A DNA stretch of 64,000 bases from an uncultured Eubacteriales bacterium. Its GTDB lineage: Bacteria; Bacillota; Clostridia; Lachnospirales; Lachnospiraceae. The stretch's first letter is position 1, and each line of letters starts with the position of its first letter. The notes under the pieces are model-generated. The model saw only the letters and a program-made list of their open reading frames with translations. It was not told where the DNA came from and searched no databases. A program made the translations under genes and the position numbers. Positions 19,386 through 28,804 of the stretch are shown here, in pieces. The DNA is taken from positions 1,399-65,398 of the forward strand of contig CADBUJ010000066.1 of assembly GCA_902797845.1 (NCBI GenBank), given 5' to 3'.

Positions 19386-20699
19386 TTAATTTGTAAGTTC
19401 GAAGATTGATTTATTGGGATCATAAACTCCCCAGATATCAAGTGCAGCCTGAAGTTCAGGATGATCCTTGGCATATTCTCTTATGTCTATATCCTGAAGC
19501 CAGGAATCAGCTGCCTGACGAAGGGCCTCAACACCGGCCTTAAGTCCCATGGGATGAGCATGCATTGCTGCACCGGCACCAAGCATTACGTCGGGACCGA
19601 GGTCATCCATGATGGCGGGAACCATACCGGGATTAAGTCCTGCTGCAGGGCTGGGGAAGGTATTCTTCATGCCGTTGAACTCGGAGAGCATGCTCTGAGC
19701 GGAACGTATATATCTGTCCTTAAGACCGGGAACCTTTCCGTAAGCGCAAGGATAAACAACGATGTCAGCACCTTCAAGTCTCATAAACTTACCGAATACG
19801 AGAGTGGATGAGATACCGCCTGTGGGTGAAGTATAGCCTGCACCTGCGTAGCAGGGATGTGCAAGAAGCGGTACGTTGATGGAATCGTCTGCAGCCAGAG
19901 CGCCTGTAAGTCCGTAACCGGAAGCATGGGAGTTGATCATAAGTGCTCTTGCACCCATTTCAACAGCTCTGTGAGCCTTTTCCAAAGCTATATCCTGACG
20001 ATCGGTGATGTTGGGGATATAGATCGTGCGGTGACCTGTCTCCTCGTAAACTCTTTCAGCAACCTTCAGGCAGGCCTCAACTCTTTCATAGAAAGGAGCA
20101 TAAACGGGATCTGCAATAAGCTCGTCGTCCTTAACAAGGTCAAGACCGGCGCGGCACAGTTTTTCAAACTGCTTTTCGATTACGCTGATGGGGATACCTG
20201 TACAAGGCTTGATCATGGCAAGGACAGGAGGTCTGTCGATACATCCTGTAAGCTCTCTTATACCCTGAACGCCGAAGCGGGGGCCATGGAATCCGTCCGT
20301 GAATTTCTTGGGGAACTCCAGATCAAGGAGCTTAAGATCCTTACTCATTGAAATGTTACCGAAAACGGTAGATAAGAGCTCAGGGATCTGCTGTCCGATA
20401 TTCTCCCAAGGGAAAGCTATCTGCATGATAAATTCTCTTTCCTTATCGGGGCAGTCAAGCTCATATCCGGGTACGTTGTAAACAGATATAACTCTGCCTA
20501 CGTGACCTCTTCTGACTTCGTCTGTCTCGTCGGGTACACGCATCCAAGTACCGGTGGTCTGCTCTACAGCCATTGCTCCGGCACGCATAAGGATGTCAAC
20601 TGTTTCCGCCTTTGCCCAATAGGTTCCCACGATAAAGTCGTCCATGTTCAGGGATTCCCTTTGGCAAAAGATAATAGGATCATATTTTGCTTTGCCCAT
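19386..20699 (-). CDS. RuBisCO large-subunit family protein, form IV (RuBisCO-like protein)
   Basis: Aligns by eye to RbcL: LSTVFGN, IKPCTGI (vs IKPKLGL), GLDLVKDDE (vs GLDFTKDDE), GAGAAMHAHPMG (vs GGGTLGHPWG). The HR pair of RbcL (HIHRAMH) is HPCY here. No small subunit gene nearby. Confidence 0.85.
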   Translation of the reverse strand: MGKAKYDPIIFCQRESLNMDDFIVGTYWAKAETVDILMRAGAMAVEQTTGTWMRVPDETDEVRRGHVGRVISVYNVPGYELDCPDKEREFIMQIAFPWENIGQQIPELLSTVFGNISMSKDLKLLDLEFPKKFTDGFHGPRFGVQGIRELTGCIDRPPVLAMIKPCTGIPISVIEKQFEKLCRAGLDLVKDDELIADPVYAPFYERVEACLKVAERVYEETGHRTIYIPNITDRQDIALEKAHRAVEMGARALMINSHASGYGLTGALAADDSINVPLLAHPCYAGAGYTSPTGGISSTLVFGKFMRLEGADIVVYPCAYGKVPGLKDRYIRSAQSMLSEFNGMKNTFPSPAAGLNPGMVPAIMDDLGPDVMLGAGAAMHAHPMGLKAGVEALRQAADSWLQDIDIREYAKDHPELQAALDIWGVYDPNKSIFELTN

Positions 20700-20883
20700 T
20701 TCTGTTCCTCCTTTTTCAATCTTCAGTATTTTGAATTTTGCATATTCATCTTATTCCTCTTCCATCATCACAGTCAAGGGAAAACGGGCCCTGAAGAGAA
20801 AAAGTACAATCCTGGGAAAAACGCAGATCTGGGCATAAAAAAATTCGGAAGGCAAGCCTTCCGAATCCTTTTCGTTCGATGGA

Positions 20884-21057
20884 TCATTCTCCTGCTGAAA
20901 TAGCACCAACGGGGCAGTTGCCTGCGCAAGAACCGCAATCGATACAGGAATCAGCATCAATAACATATTGAGAATCGCCCTGAGAGATAGCACCAACGGG
21001 ACATGAATCTGAGCATGCGCCGCAGCTGATGCAATCTGATGAAATTACAAAAGCCAT
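20884..21057 (-). CDS. fdx: Clostridial-type 2x[4Fe-4S] ferredoxin (57 aa, absent from the ORF track)
   Basis: GGAGG RBS. Hand translation: MAFVISSDCISCGACSDSCPVGAISQGDSQYVIDADSCIDCGSCAGNCPVGAISAGE. Two CxxCxxCxxxCP motifs. Confidence 0.85.
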   Translation of the reverse strand: MAFVISSDCISCGACSDSCPVGAISQGDSQYVIDADSCIDCGSCAGNCPVGAISAGE

Positions 21058-21220
21058 ATATAACCTCCTAAAATCCTTCTACTGCTACATGTTACTCTGG
21101 AATTCTGCACTTCCGTCATTGATTATAATCCAAAAGAAAACGGAAATCAAGCAAGCGGCTTGCAAAACTGGGACTTTCAGGGTATACTTTAGCAAAATCG
21201 GTGAGGAAGGAGGCACAAAA

Positions 21221-21427
21221 ATGGTACAGATCACAAGAGATACACTTATAGGCGAACTCATCTCCATCGATCCCGAAGTCGCGCCTATTCTTATGGATAT
21301 AGGAATGCATTGTCTGGGATGCCCGTCTTCCCAGATGGAATCCATAGGGGAGGCAGCCATGGTACATGGTATCGAACCTGATTCGTTGGTTGACAGTATA
21401 AATGAGTTTCTTGCTTCAAAAGGCTGA
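21221..21427 (+). CDS. DUF1858 domain protein (hybrid-cluster-protein-associated redox disulfide family)
   Basis: GAGGAAGGAGG RBS before ATG 21221, so the ORF track start at 21029 is an upstream extension. MHCLGCPSSQMESIGEAA CxxC motif. 68 aa. Confidence 0.6.
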   Translation: MVQITRDTLIGELISIDPEVAPILMDIGMHCLGCPSSQMESIGEAAMVHGIEPDSLVDSINEFLASKG

Positions 21428-21487
21428 TTTTAGAAGAATGGGAAGGGCTGTCTCCGGACAGCCCTTCAATTTATTTTAAAGAACCAT

Positions 21488-22123
21488 ATGAATAAAAAAG
21501 ACAGAATAAAAGAAGTGCTGGCCCGCCTTGATAAGGAATACGGCACGGAAAAGATCATATATCTTACATCAGAAAGCACATGGCAGCTCTTGGTAGCAGT
21601 TATGCTGTCGGCCCAATGCACGGACGACAGGGTAAATATGACCACGCCTGCGCTTTTTAAAAAGTATCCCACAGCGGAGAAAATGGCTGATGCAAAGCTT
21701 TCCCGGGTGGAGGAGCTTATCCATTCCGTTGGGCTTTATAAAAGCAAAGCAAAAAATATAATAGCGGCATCAAAGATGATCATGGAGGAATACGGCGGAA
21801 AGGTTCCGGAAACGGTGGAAGAGCTGACTTCCCTGCCGGGAGTGGGCCGAAAGACAGCCAATGTTATAAGAGGCAATGTCTTCGGGGAACCTTCCATCGT
21901 AGTGGACACCCATGTCAACAGGATATCCAACAAGCTGGGATTTACGAAGGAAAATGACCCTGAGAAGGTGGAATACGACCTTATGAAATGCCTGCCTAAG
22001 GATCACTGGATCAGATACAACATGCAGATCATAACGCTCGGCAGGACCATATGCACTGCCAGGAATCCGAAATGCGGGGAATGCTTTTTATCTGATATAT
22101 GTCCCAAGATCAGCAGGAAATAA
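21488..22123 (+). CDS. nth: Endonuclease III
   Basis: HhH-GPD motif LPGVGRKTANV, catalytic D in VDTHV, and the C-terminal [4Fe-4S] loop CTARNPKCGECFLSDIC. Confidence 0.9.
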   Translation: MNKKDRIKEVLARLDKEYGTEKIIYLTSESTWQLLVAVMLSAQCTDDRVNMTTPALFKKYPTAEKMADAKLSRVEELIHSVGLYKSKAKNIIAASKMIMEEYGGKVPETVEELTSLPGVGRKTANVIRGNVFGEPSIVVDTHVNRISNKLGFTKENDPEKVEYDLMKCLPKDHWIRYNMQIITLGRTICTARNPKCGECFLSDICPKISRK

Positions 22124-22247
22124 GGAGCTAAGGACAGAAACTTTTTGGATATACAGGGAGAATGCATTTACTGAACTTAAAAAACATAGTAAAATCATAT
22201 ATTTATAAGGCTTATAGGACTTTTATCACTTAGAAGGATTTTAAGGA

Positions 22248-23681
22248 ATGAAAAAAATAAGGGCTTTTTTAATTACGATCTTAATAATGATGATGGCTGC
22301 CCGCCCTGTAATGGCATCAGAAAATACGGTGCCGGAGGGAGTAAGAGTAGGAGAGACCGATATCTCCGGCCTTACCCGTGAAGAAGCGGACACGGTGTTA
22401 TCTGACCATATAGAGAAGATTAAAAATACGAAGATCTCCCTTAATATCGAAGGAGAGGAGGAATTATCCTTCACTCTTTCCGATATAGGAGCAGAGGTCA
22501 AAGAAGGTGATACCCTTGATCAGGCCATGGAGATCGGCAGGTCAGGAAATGTTCTTGAGAGATACTTTGCCCTTAAAAAGGTAAAGGACGAGGGAATGGA
22601 TCTTACGCCTGAATATTTTTTTAACCGCGATGCCCTTATATCGCTTCTGGAAGCAAAGCTTCCCGAGCTTAACAGGGAAGCCAGAAGTTCTTCCATAGAG
22701 ATAATAGACGATACTCCTTATGTTCAGATCGCTGAGACGGGTATTGCAGTCAATGTGGATGAAACGGTAAAGGCGGTAGAAGGCGCCCTTAACGGAAAGG
22801 TTGATGCCGAAACTGTATCAGTTGACATAGTTGCAGATATTACGGAACCCGAAGGGGATACTACGGATTTTTCGGATATAACGGACTGTCTCGGCAGCTA
22901 TACCACGGTCATGGGCTATTATAAGGAAAACAGAGTGGGAAACATCATAAATGCAGCCAAGCTTATAAACGGTGTAGTTGTGGCGCCAGGAGAGGTCTTT
23001 GATCTTAACAGTTATCTGGAGCCCTACACCACGGACAACGGATATCTTATGGCCACAGGCTACGGTTACGGAGGACGAGTTGTTCCGGCCATGGGCGGAG
23101 GAGTGTGCCAGATGGCTTCGACCCTCTACAATGCGGTCCTTAATGCGGAGCTGGAGATAGTTGAGCGCCGCAACCATATGATGACCGTAAGCTATGTGCC
23201 CGTAAGCATGGATGCCACCGTATCGGAAGGATCTGATAATTTTAAATTCAGGAACAATACGGATACGCCTGTATACATCTATACATATACATCAGACGAT
23301 CTTAAGGTTACAGCGGCCATCTTCGGAAAAGAGACAAGGCCCGAGAACAGAACGGTGGAATATGTAAGCGTTATAGACTCGACCATAGGCGCACCTGCGG
23401 ATGTTATAACCGTCGATGAGACCAAGCCTGCAGGCTACAGAGAGGTTACTCAGGGAGCTCACACGGGATATACCGGGCACCTTCAGAAAAATGTTTATGT
23501 GGACGGAGAGCTTACGGAATCCACTACCGTTAACACCTCCAGATACGGTGCCTTTCCCAGATATATAACCGTAGGACCGGAGCCTGAGACTGAGCCTGAA
23601 ACAGAGGCGGAATCCCAGGAGGAGCCCGCACCCGCTGCGGAAGAGGAAACAGAAGCCGCACCGGAAGGAGAAGAAGGGTGA
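22248..23681 (+). CDS. VanW family protein with signal peptide and acidic Pro/Glu-rich tail
   Basis: Signal peptide MKKIRAFLITILIMMMAARPVMA. VanW core GGGVCQMASTLYNAVLNAELEIVERRNH. Confidence 0.8.
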   Translation: MKKIRAFLITILIMMMAARPVMASENTVPEGVRVGETDISGLTREEADTVLSDHIEKIKNTKISLNIEGEEELSFTLSDIGAEVKEGDTLDQAMEIGRSGNVLERYFALKKVKDEGMDLTPEYFFNRDALISLLEAKLPELNREARSSSIEIIDDTPYVQIAETGIAVNVDETVKAVEGALNGKVDAETVSVDIVADITEPEGDTTDFSDITDCLGSYTTVMGYYKENRVGNIINAAKLINGVVVAPGEVFDLNSYLEPYTTDNGYLMATGYGYGGRVVPAMGGGVCQMASTLYNAVLNAELEIVERRNHMMTVSYVPVSMDATVSEGSDNFKFRNNTDTPVYIYTYTSDDLKVTAAIFGKETRPENRTVEYVSVIDSTIGAPADVITVDETKPAGYREVTQGAHTGYTGHLQKNVYVDGELTESTTVNTSRYGAFPRYITVGPEPETEPETEAESQEEPAPAAEEETEAAPEGEEG

Positions 23682-24226
23682 TGGAGTGGTCCCTTATGAT
23701 CACGGGCTTTATCGGAGATGAGACAGCCTATGCCCTTTTAAAGGAAAGAAAAGAAAAACTGCTTGAAAGATACAGTCCCGAATTTATTGAAAAAGCAAGA
23801 AAGCAGCTGGAGGGATACGAAAGGACGGATGTGCCGGATATCCTGTCAGATATGGAAGATACAAAGCTCTTTCATATAGGAGGACAAGGTCTTAACAGCA
23901 GCCTTTGGCTTTTTGCCGAGGAGCTTTCAGCGGGATTTAAAATACATCTTGATAATATACCCATGCACCAGTGTGCAGTGGAATTTACGGATGTTTTCGA
24001 CCTTAATATTTATGATGTCCCGTCAGGAGGCAGCTTTATAATCTGCACAAAAGACAGGGATCAGGTATCGGAAAGACTTGAAAAGGCGGGGATATCCGTC
24101 AGGGAAGCCGGAGTATTTAACGGCACTAATAAAAGGATATTCATCACCCATGAGGGTATTACCAGATATGCGGGAAGACCCGGGGATGAAGAAAATAATT
24201 ATTATGAGACCGGGGGTCAAAAATGA
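23678..24226 (+). CDS. Hypothetical protein (possibly AIR synthase C-terminal-domain-like)
   Basis: 4-nt overlaps with both neighbours support coding. I recognised no firm motif. Confidence 0.35.
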   Translation: MMEWSLMITGFIGDETAYALLKERKEKLLERYSPEFIEKARKQLEGYERTDVPDILSDMEDTKLFHIGGQGLNSSLWLFAEELSAGFKIHLDNIPMHQCAVEFTDVFDLNIYDVPSGGSFIICTKDRDQVSERLEKAGISVREAGVFNGTNKRIFITHEGITRYAGRPGDEENNYYETGGQK

Positions 24227-24708
24227 AAGAAAAGATTCTGAGCATCATTGAGAAAAATTCCAGACTCGGCGTAAGCGACATAGCGGTGCTTTTGGGAGAG
24301 GAAGAAGAGGCGGTTAAAAGGGCCATCGAGGAAATGGAAAGGGACCATGTTATCTGCGGATATCATACCATAGTCAACTGGGGAGCCCTGGATAACAACA
24401 CTAAAGTATCTGCCCTTATAGAGGTAAAAGTTACGCCGCAGAGAGGCATTGGCTTCGATAAGATAGCGGAGAGGATCTATAATTATCCGGAGGTGGATGA
24501 TGTTTATCTTATGTCCGGAGGATTTGACCTTTGTGTAATGATAGAAGGGGAAAGCCTTCAGGATGTGGCACTGTTCGTTTCCGATAAGCTTTCCACCCTT
24601 GATTATGTTATAAGCACAGCCACACATTTTATGCTTAAAAAGTATAAGGATCACGGAACGATCCTTAATCCCGTTAAAGACAGAGAAAGGATACCGATTC
24701 AGCCATGA
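24223..24708 (+). CDS. Lrp/AsnC family transcriptional regulator
   Basis: N-terminal HTH (LSIIEKNSRLGVSDIAVLLG) and a C-terminal RAM-like domain. Paired with the downstream aminotransferase. Confidence 0.8.
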   Translation: MKEKILSIIEKNSRLGVSDIAVLLGEEEEAVKRAIEEMERDHVICGYHTIVNWGALDNNTKVSALIEVKVTPQRGIGFDKIAERIYNYPEVDDVYLMSGGFDLCVMIEGESLQDVALFVSDKLSTLDYVISTATHFMLKKYKDHGTILNPVKDRERIPIQP

Positions 24709-25883
24709 GAGATCCCCTGGGACAGAAAATCAAGGAAATCAAGCCTTCGGGCATAAGGAAATTTTTTGATCTTGTTACAGAGATGAATGATCCTGAGGTC
24801 ATCTCTCTGGGCGTAGGTGAACCTGATTTCGATACACCCTGGCATATAAGAGAAGAAGGCATTTATTCCCTGGAAAAAGGAAGGACATTTTACACATCAA
24901 ATTCCGGCCTTCAGGAATTAAGAGAAGCCATTTGCAGATATACGGAAAGAAATTTCGGACTTTCTTACGATCCGAATAAAGAGACCCTTATCACCGTAGG
25001 AGGATCGGAGGCTATAGATATAGCTCTTCGGGCCATGGTCGATCCCGGGGATGAGGTCCTTATTCCTCAGCCCAGCTATGTATCATACGAGCCCTGCGCC
25101 ATTCTGGCAGATGCGGTCCCCGTTATTATAGAACTCAAGGAAGAAAATGATTTTTCTCTTACAGGCAGGGAGCTGGAAGAGGCCATAACTGATAAAACGA
25201 AGATCCTTGTTCTTCCCTTCCCCAATAATCCCACAGGCTCTATCCTTAAGGAAAAGGAGCTTAGGGAGATAGCAGAGATCGTGGAGAAGTATGATCTTTA
25301 TGTTATCTCCGATGAGATATATGCAGCCCTTACATATTCCGAGGAAGGCCATATATCCATAGCATCCATGCCGGGAATGAAGGAAAGGACCGTGGTCATA
25401 AACGGCTTCTCCAAGGCCTTTGCCATGACAGGATGGAGACTTGGTTATGCTCAGGGTCCTGAGGTAATAATCGACCAGATGAGAAAGATACATCAGTATG
25501 CCATAATGTGTGCGCCCACAACTTCTCAGTATGCAGCGGTTGAAGCCATGAATAACGGCGAAAAAGATGTGGAGACCATGAGAGAGGCATATGATCAGAG
25601 AAGAAGATTCCTTCTGGATTCCTTTGAAAAAATGGGACTTCGCTGTTTCGAGCCTCTGGGAGCATTCTATGTATTTCCCTGTGTCAAGGATCTGGGCCTT
25701 ACATCCGACAAGTTTGCTGAGGAGCTGTTAAAGGAACAGAAGCTTGCGGTGGTTCCCGGAACTGCCTTCGGAGACAGCGGAGAAGGCTTTATCCGTGTTT
25801 CTTATGCATATTCCCTTGAAGAGCTGGAAGAGGCCATGAGAAGGATGACCAAATTCGTGGAAGCAAGGCTTAAGAATGGTTAA
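24705..25883 (+). CDS. Class I/II pyridoxal-phosphate-dependent aminotransferase
   Basis: PLP lysine motif NGFSKAFAMTGWRLGY and PNNPTG motif. 392 aa. Confidence 0.9.
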   Translation: MRDPLGQKIKEIKPSGIRKFFDLVTEMNDPEVISLGVGEPDFDTPWHIREEGIYSLEKGRTFYTSNSGLQELREAICRYTERNFGLSYDPNKETLITVGGSEAIDIALRAMVDPGDEVLIPQPSYVSYEPCAILADAVPVIIELKEENDFSLTGRELEEAITDKTKILVLPFPNNPTGSILKEKELREIAEIVEKYDLYVISDEIYAALTYSEEGHISIASMPGMKERTVVINGFSKAFAMTGWRLGYAQGPEVIIDQMRKIHQYAIMCAPTTSQYAAVEAMNNGEKDVETMREAYDQRRRFLLDSFEKMGLRCFEPLGAFYVFPCVKDLGLTSDKFAEELLKEQKLAVVPGTAFGDSGEGFIRVSYAYSLEELEEAMRRMTKFVEARLKNG

Positions 25884-26376
25884 TATCGTTTTGCTGGAGC
25901 CGGAGATTCCGGATAATACGGGAAATATCGGCAGAAGCTGTGTGTCTGCGGGGGCAAGGCTCCACCTTATAAAGCCCCTGGGATTCAGCCTGGATGAAAA
26001 ATCCGTAAAAAGGGCCGGCCTGGATTATTGGCATAAGCTTGATCTTAATGTATACGAGGATCTGGAAGACTTCTATTTAAAAAATCCTGATGCCGAAGGA
26101 AGCATCTTTATGGCCACCACCAAGGCGGAAAAGACATACGGAGATGCACAGTATCCCGAGGACTGCTACATTATGTTCGGTAAAGAAAGTGCAGGCATAC
26201 CTGAGGAGATACTTGTTAAGAACAGGGAAAGATGCATACGTATACCCATGGTAAAGGACAATCGGTCCTTAAATCTGTCAAATGCAGTGGCTGTGGTTCT
26301 GTATGAAGCCCTGAGACAGAACGATTTTCCCGGGCTTGAGAAAAAGGGACAGCTTCACAGATCCAGCTGGGAGTAG
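25876..26376 (+). CDS. trmL: tRNA (cytidine/uridine-2'-O-)-methyltransferase TrmL (SpoU/TrmH family)
   Basis: N-terminus IVLLEPEIPDNTGNIGRSC, FGKESAGIP, and SLNLSNAVAVVLYEALRQ for the SPOUT knot region. Confidence 0.85.
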   Translation: MVNIVLLEPEIPDNTGNIGRSCVSAGARLHLIKPLGFSLDEKSVKRAGLDYWHKLDLNVYEDLEDFYLKNPDAEGSIFMATTKAEKTYGDAQYPEDCYIMFGKESAGIPEEILVKNRERCIRIPMVKDNRSLNLSNAVAVVLYEALRQNDFPGLEKKGQLHRSSWE

Positions 26377-26387
26377 ATATAAAGATT

Positions 26388-27161
26388 ATGAAAATAGGAT
26401 TATATGATTCAGGAGCCGGAGGTCTTACGGTCCTTAATGAGGCCATGAACAGACTCCCCCATGAGGAGTTTGTTTTTTATGCAGATACGGAGAATGTGCC
26501 TTACGGGGAAAAGACCGTAGAGGAAATAAGAGAATATGCAAAAAAGGCCGTAAGCTTTCTTGTGGAACATGACTGCAAGATCGTTGTGGTGGCATGTAAT
26601 ACGGCAACCAGTGCTGCAATAGAATATCTCCGGGAAACTTTTCCTATCCCGATCATAGGCATGGAGCCTGCAGTAAAAGTGGCCATGGACGAGAATCCGC
26701 AAGGGAAGATACTTGTCCTTGCGACGAATGTCACTGTACACGGGGACAAAATGAAACATCTTCTGGAGAAATACGACAAAGATGAAAGAGTCGTACTTCA
26801 GCCCATGCCCGGGCTTGTGGAGCTGGCGGAAAATTGTGACTTCGGCATAGATGCGGAGGAATACATAAATAATCAGCTTTACAAATACGACTTAGAGGAA
26901 TTTTCTGCGATCGTTCTGGGGTGTACGCACTTTACATACTTCAAGGATGTTATAAGATGTATGGTACCTGACAACATACGCATCGTTGACGGTAATGCGG
27001 GAACGGTAAAGCAGCTTGTCAGAAAGCTTTCGGAAGGGGAAATGCTTGAAAATAATCTTCCTTCTCTTGAATGCTATGCATCGGGAAAGCCCTTCTCTGA
27101 AGCGCTTAAATATAAAATGGAGGTCCTTCTGAAAAGAGCAGAGGATATGCACGAGATTTAA
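26388..27161 (+). CDS. murI: Glutamate racemase
   Basis: DSGAGGLTV, the catalytic Cys motifs VVACNTATS and LGCTHF. Confidence 0.9.
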   Translation: MKIGLYDSGAGGLTVLNEAMNRLPHEEFVFYADTENVPYGEKTVEEIREYAKKAVSFLVEHDCKIVVVACNTATSAAIEYLRETFPIPIIGMEPAVKVAMDENPQGKILVLATNVTVHGDKMKHLLEKYDKDERVVLQPMPGLVELAENCDFGIDAEEYINNQLYKYDLEEFSAIVLGCTHFTYFKDVIRCMVPDNIRIVDGNAGTVKQLVRKLSEGEMLENNLPSLECYASGKPFSEALKYKMEVLLKRAEDMHEI

Positions 27162-27175
27162 AAGAATGATGATTG

Positions 27176-27201
27176 CCGGCGGTATGCACCGCCGGTTTTT
27201 T
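27176..27201 (+). terminator. Intrinsic terminator after murI
   Basis: CCGGCGG-TATGCA-CCGCCGG followed by TTTTTT. Confidence 0.8.
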
Positions 27202-27216
27202 ATTGCATCATAAAAA

Positions 27217-27231
27217 TGAAAACAATTCTCA
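27217..27231. promoter_or_regulatory. Fur-family (Zur-type) 7-1-7 box, copy 1, abutting the -35
   Basis: TGAAAACAATTCTCA. A near-identical copy sits 51 nt downstream. Confidence 0.5.
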
Positions 27232-27237
27232 ATTTCA

Positions 27238-27266
27238 TTGACAAAAGGCCTTCCCGGCAGTACAAT
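27238..27266 (+). promoter_or_regulatory. Sigma-A type promoter of the zur-znu operon
   Basis: TTGACA, a 17-nt spacer, then TACAAT. Confidence 0.6.
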
Positions 27267-27267
27267 T

Positions 27268-27282
27268 TGAAAACGGTTCTCA
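27268..27282. promoter_or_regulatory. Fur-family (Zur-type) box, copy 2, just downstream of the -10
   Basis: TGAAAACGGTTCTCA. Confidence 0.5.
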
Positions 27283-27347
27283 AATTTGTATATAGATAAT
27301 TATGCATTTTATGAAGGATCATATAAACAGGATATCAGGGGATAAAG

Positions 27348-27764
27348 ATGGACAGCAGATCAAAATATAAGACCAGACACAGAGAAGTGATCCTGGATTA
27401 TTTTGTTAAAATGCCGGGAATACACATCACTGCAGGAGAAGTTTATAAAGGCCTAAAGGACAGGGGAGTATCCATAGGACAATCCACCGTATACAGGCAG
27501 TTGGAAAGCCTTGTGGAGGAAGGCATCTTAAATAAATACATAATCGATGAAAACAGTCCTGCATGCTTTGAATTCGAAGAAGAGGATAATCATTGTCATA
27601 AGGAGATATTTTTCCATTGCAAATGTGAATCCTGCGGAAAGCTCATACATCTTCAATGCGACGAGATCGAGGAGATAGAGGAGCATCTTATAAAGGAGCA
27701 TAAGTTTTTTATGGATCCTAAAAGAACCGTATTTTACGGGCTTTGTGAGGCGTGTCAGAAATAG
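27348..27764 (+). CDS. zur: Fur family transcriptional repressor, probably Zur
   Basis: Winged HTH N-terminus. Metal sites HCH, CKCESCGK and CEACQ. First gene of the zinc ABC operon. Confidence 0.75.
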   Translation: MDSRSKYKTRHREVILDYFVKMPGIHITAGEVYKGLKDRGVSIGQSTVYRQLESLVEEGILNKYIIDENSPACFEFEEEDNHCHKEIFFHCKCESCGKLIHLQCDEIEEIEEHLIKEHKFFMDPKRTVFYGLCEACQK

Positions 27765-27782
27765 ATTCAGAAAGGAAATAAA

Positions 27783-28796
27783 ATGAAAAAAAGGATCATA
27801 GCCTCCCTTATTTTTCTTATGATGCTTATGGGAATAAGCGCATGCAAAGGGACGGAAAGCATAGAACAGGCTGAAGAAAAGAAAAGGATAAAAGTAGTTA
27901 CGACTATTTTCCCGGAATATGACTGGGTGAGAAATGTAGCGGGAGAAGCTGAAGGCGTGGATATCCTTTTGCTTCTTGACAGCGGAGTGGATCTGCACAG
28001 CTTTCAGCCGACGGCCGAGGATATAATGAATATCACAAACTGCGACCTCTTTATATATGTGGGCGGAGAGTCGGATGAGTGGGTAGAGGATGCCCTGAAA
28101 GAAGCCGCCAACGAAAATATGAAGACCATCAATTTGCTGGAAGCCATGGGGGACATGGCAAAAGAGGAGGAGGTCATCGACGGTATGCAGGAGGATGATC
28201 ACGATCACGAGCATGATTCAGATGATGGGGACGATCACGAGCATGAGGGCGAGGCGGAATACGACGAGCACGTGTGGCTGTCTCTTAAGAATGCATCCTT
28301 CCTTACAGAAAGAATCGCGGAAGTTCTTTCGGAGATCGATCCTGAAAACGGTGATACATATAAAAGCAATGCAGCTTCTTATATAGAAGAGCTTAAAAGG
28401 CTCGACGGGGAATATACAGACGTAACGGAAAAATCCTCAGGGGACATACTTCTTTTCGGTGACAGATTTCCTTTCAGATATCTTACAGACGACTACGGTC
28501 TTACCTATTATGCGGCCTTTGCCGGATGCTCTGCAGAAACAGAGGCCAGCTTTGAGACCATAAAGTTCCTGGCGGACAAAACAGACGAATATTCTCTTAA
28601 ATATATAATGACTATCGAGGGCTCCCATGACACCAAGCTTGCGGAGACCATAATCCAGTCCACAAAGGATAAGGATCAGGAGATTCTTTCTCTGGACTCC
28701 ATGCAGTCTACAACATCAAATGACGCAGAAGAAGGGGCAACATACATCTCCATTATGGAGAAAAATCTGAAAGTCCTTGAGAAGGCACTTAACTAG
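27783..28796 (+). CDS. znuA: Zinc ABC transporter substrate-binding lipoprotein (ZnuA/AdcA-like)
   Basis: Lipobox MGISAC. His/Asp-rich loop EDDHDHEHDSDDGDDHEHEGE followed by DEHVWLS. Confidence 0.85.
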   Translation: MKKRIIASLIFLMMLMGISACKGTESIEQAEEKKRIKVVTTIFPEYDWVRNVAGEAEGVDILLLLDSGVDLHSFQPTAEDIMNITNCDLFIYVGGESDEWVEDALKEAANENMKTINLLEAMGDMAKEEEVIDGMQEDDHDHEHDSDDGDDHEHEGEAEYDEHVWLSLKNASFLTERIAEVLSEIDPENGDTYKSNAASYIEELKRLDGEYTDVTEKSSGDILLFGDRFPFRYLTDDYGLTYYAAFAGCSAETEASFETIKFLADKTDEYSLKYIMTIEGSHDTKLAETIIQSTKDKDQEILSLDSMQSTTSNDAEEGATYISIMEKNLKVLEKALN

Positions 28797-28804
28797 GAGG
28801 AAAC

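Noticed and set aside
20751-20996. 81-aa minus-strand ORF from the track
   Set aside because: It is in a different frame from the ferredoxin. The 57-aa frame gives two perfect CxxCxxCxxxCP motifs and has a GGAGG RBS.
27528-28214. 228-aa minus-strand ORF
   Set aside because: Antisense to zur and znuA. Low-complexity hydrophobic translation.
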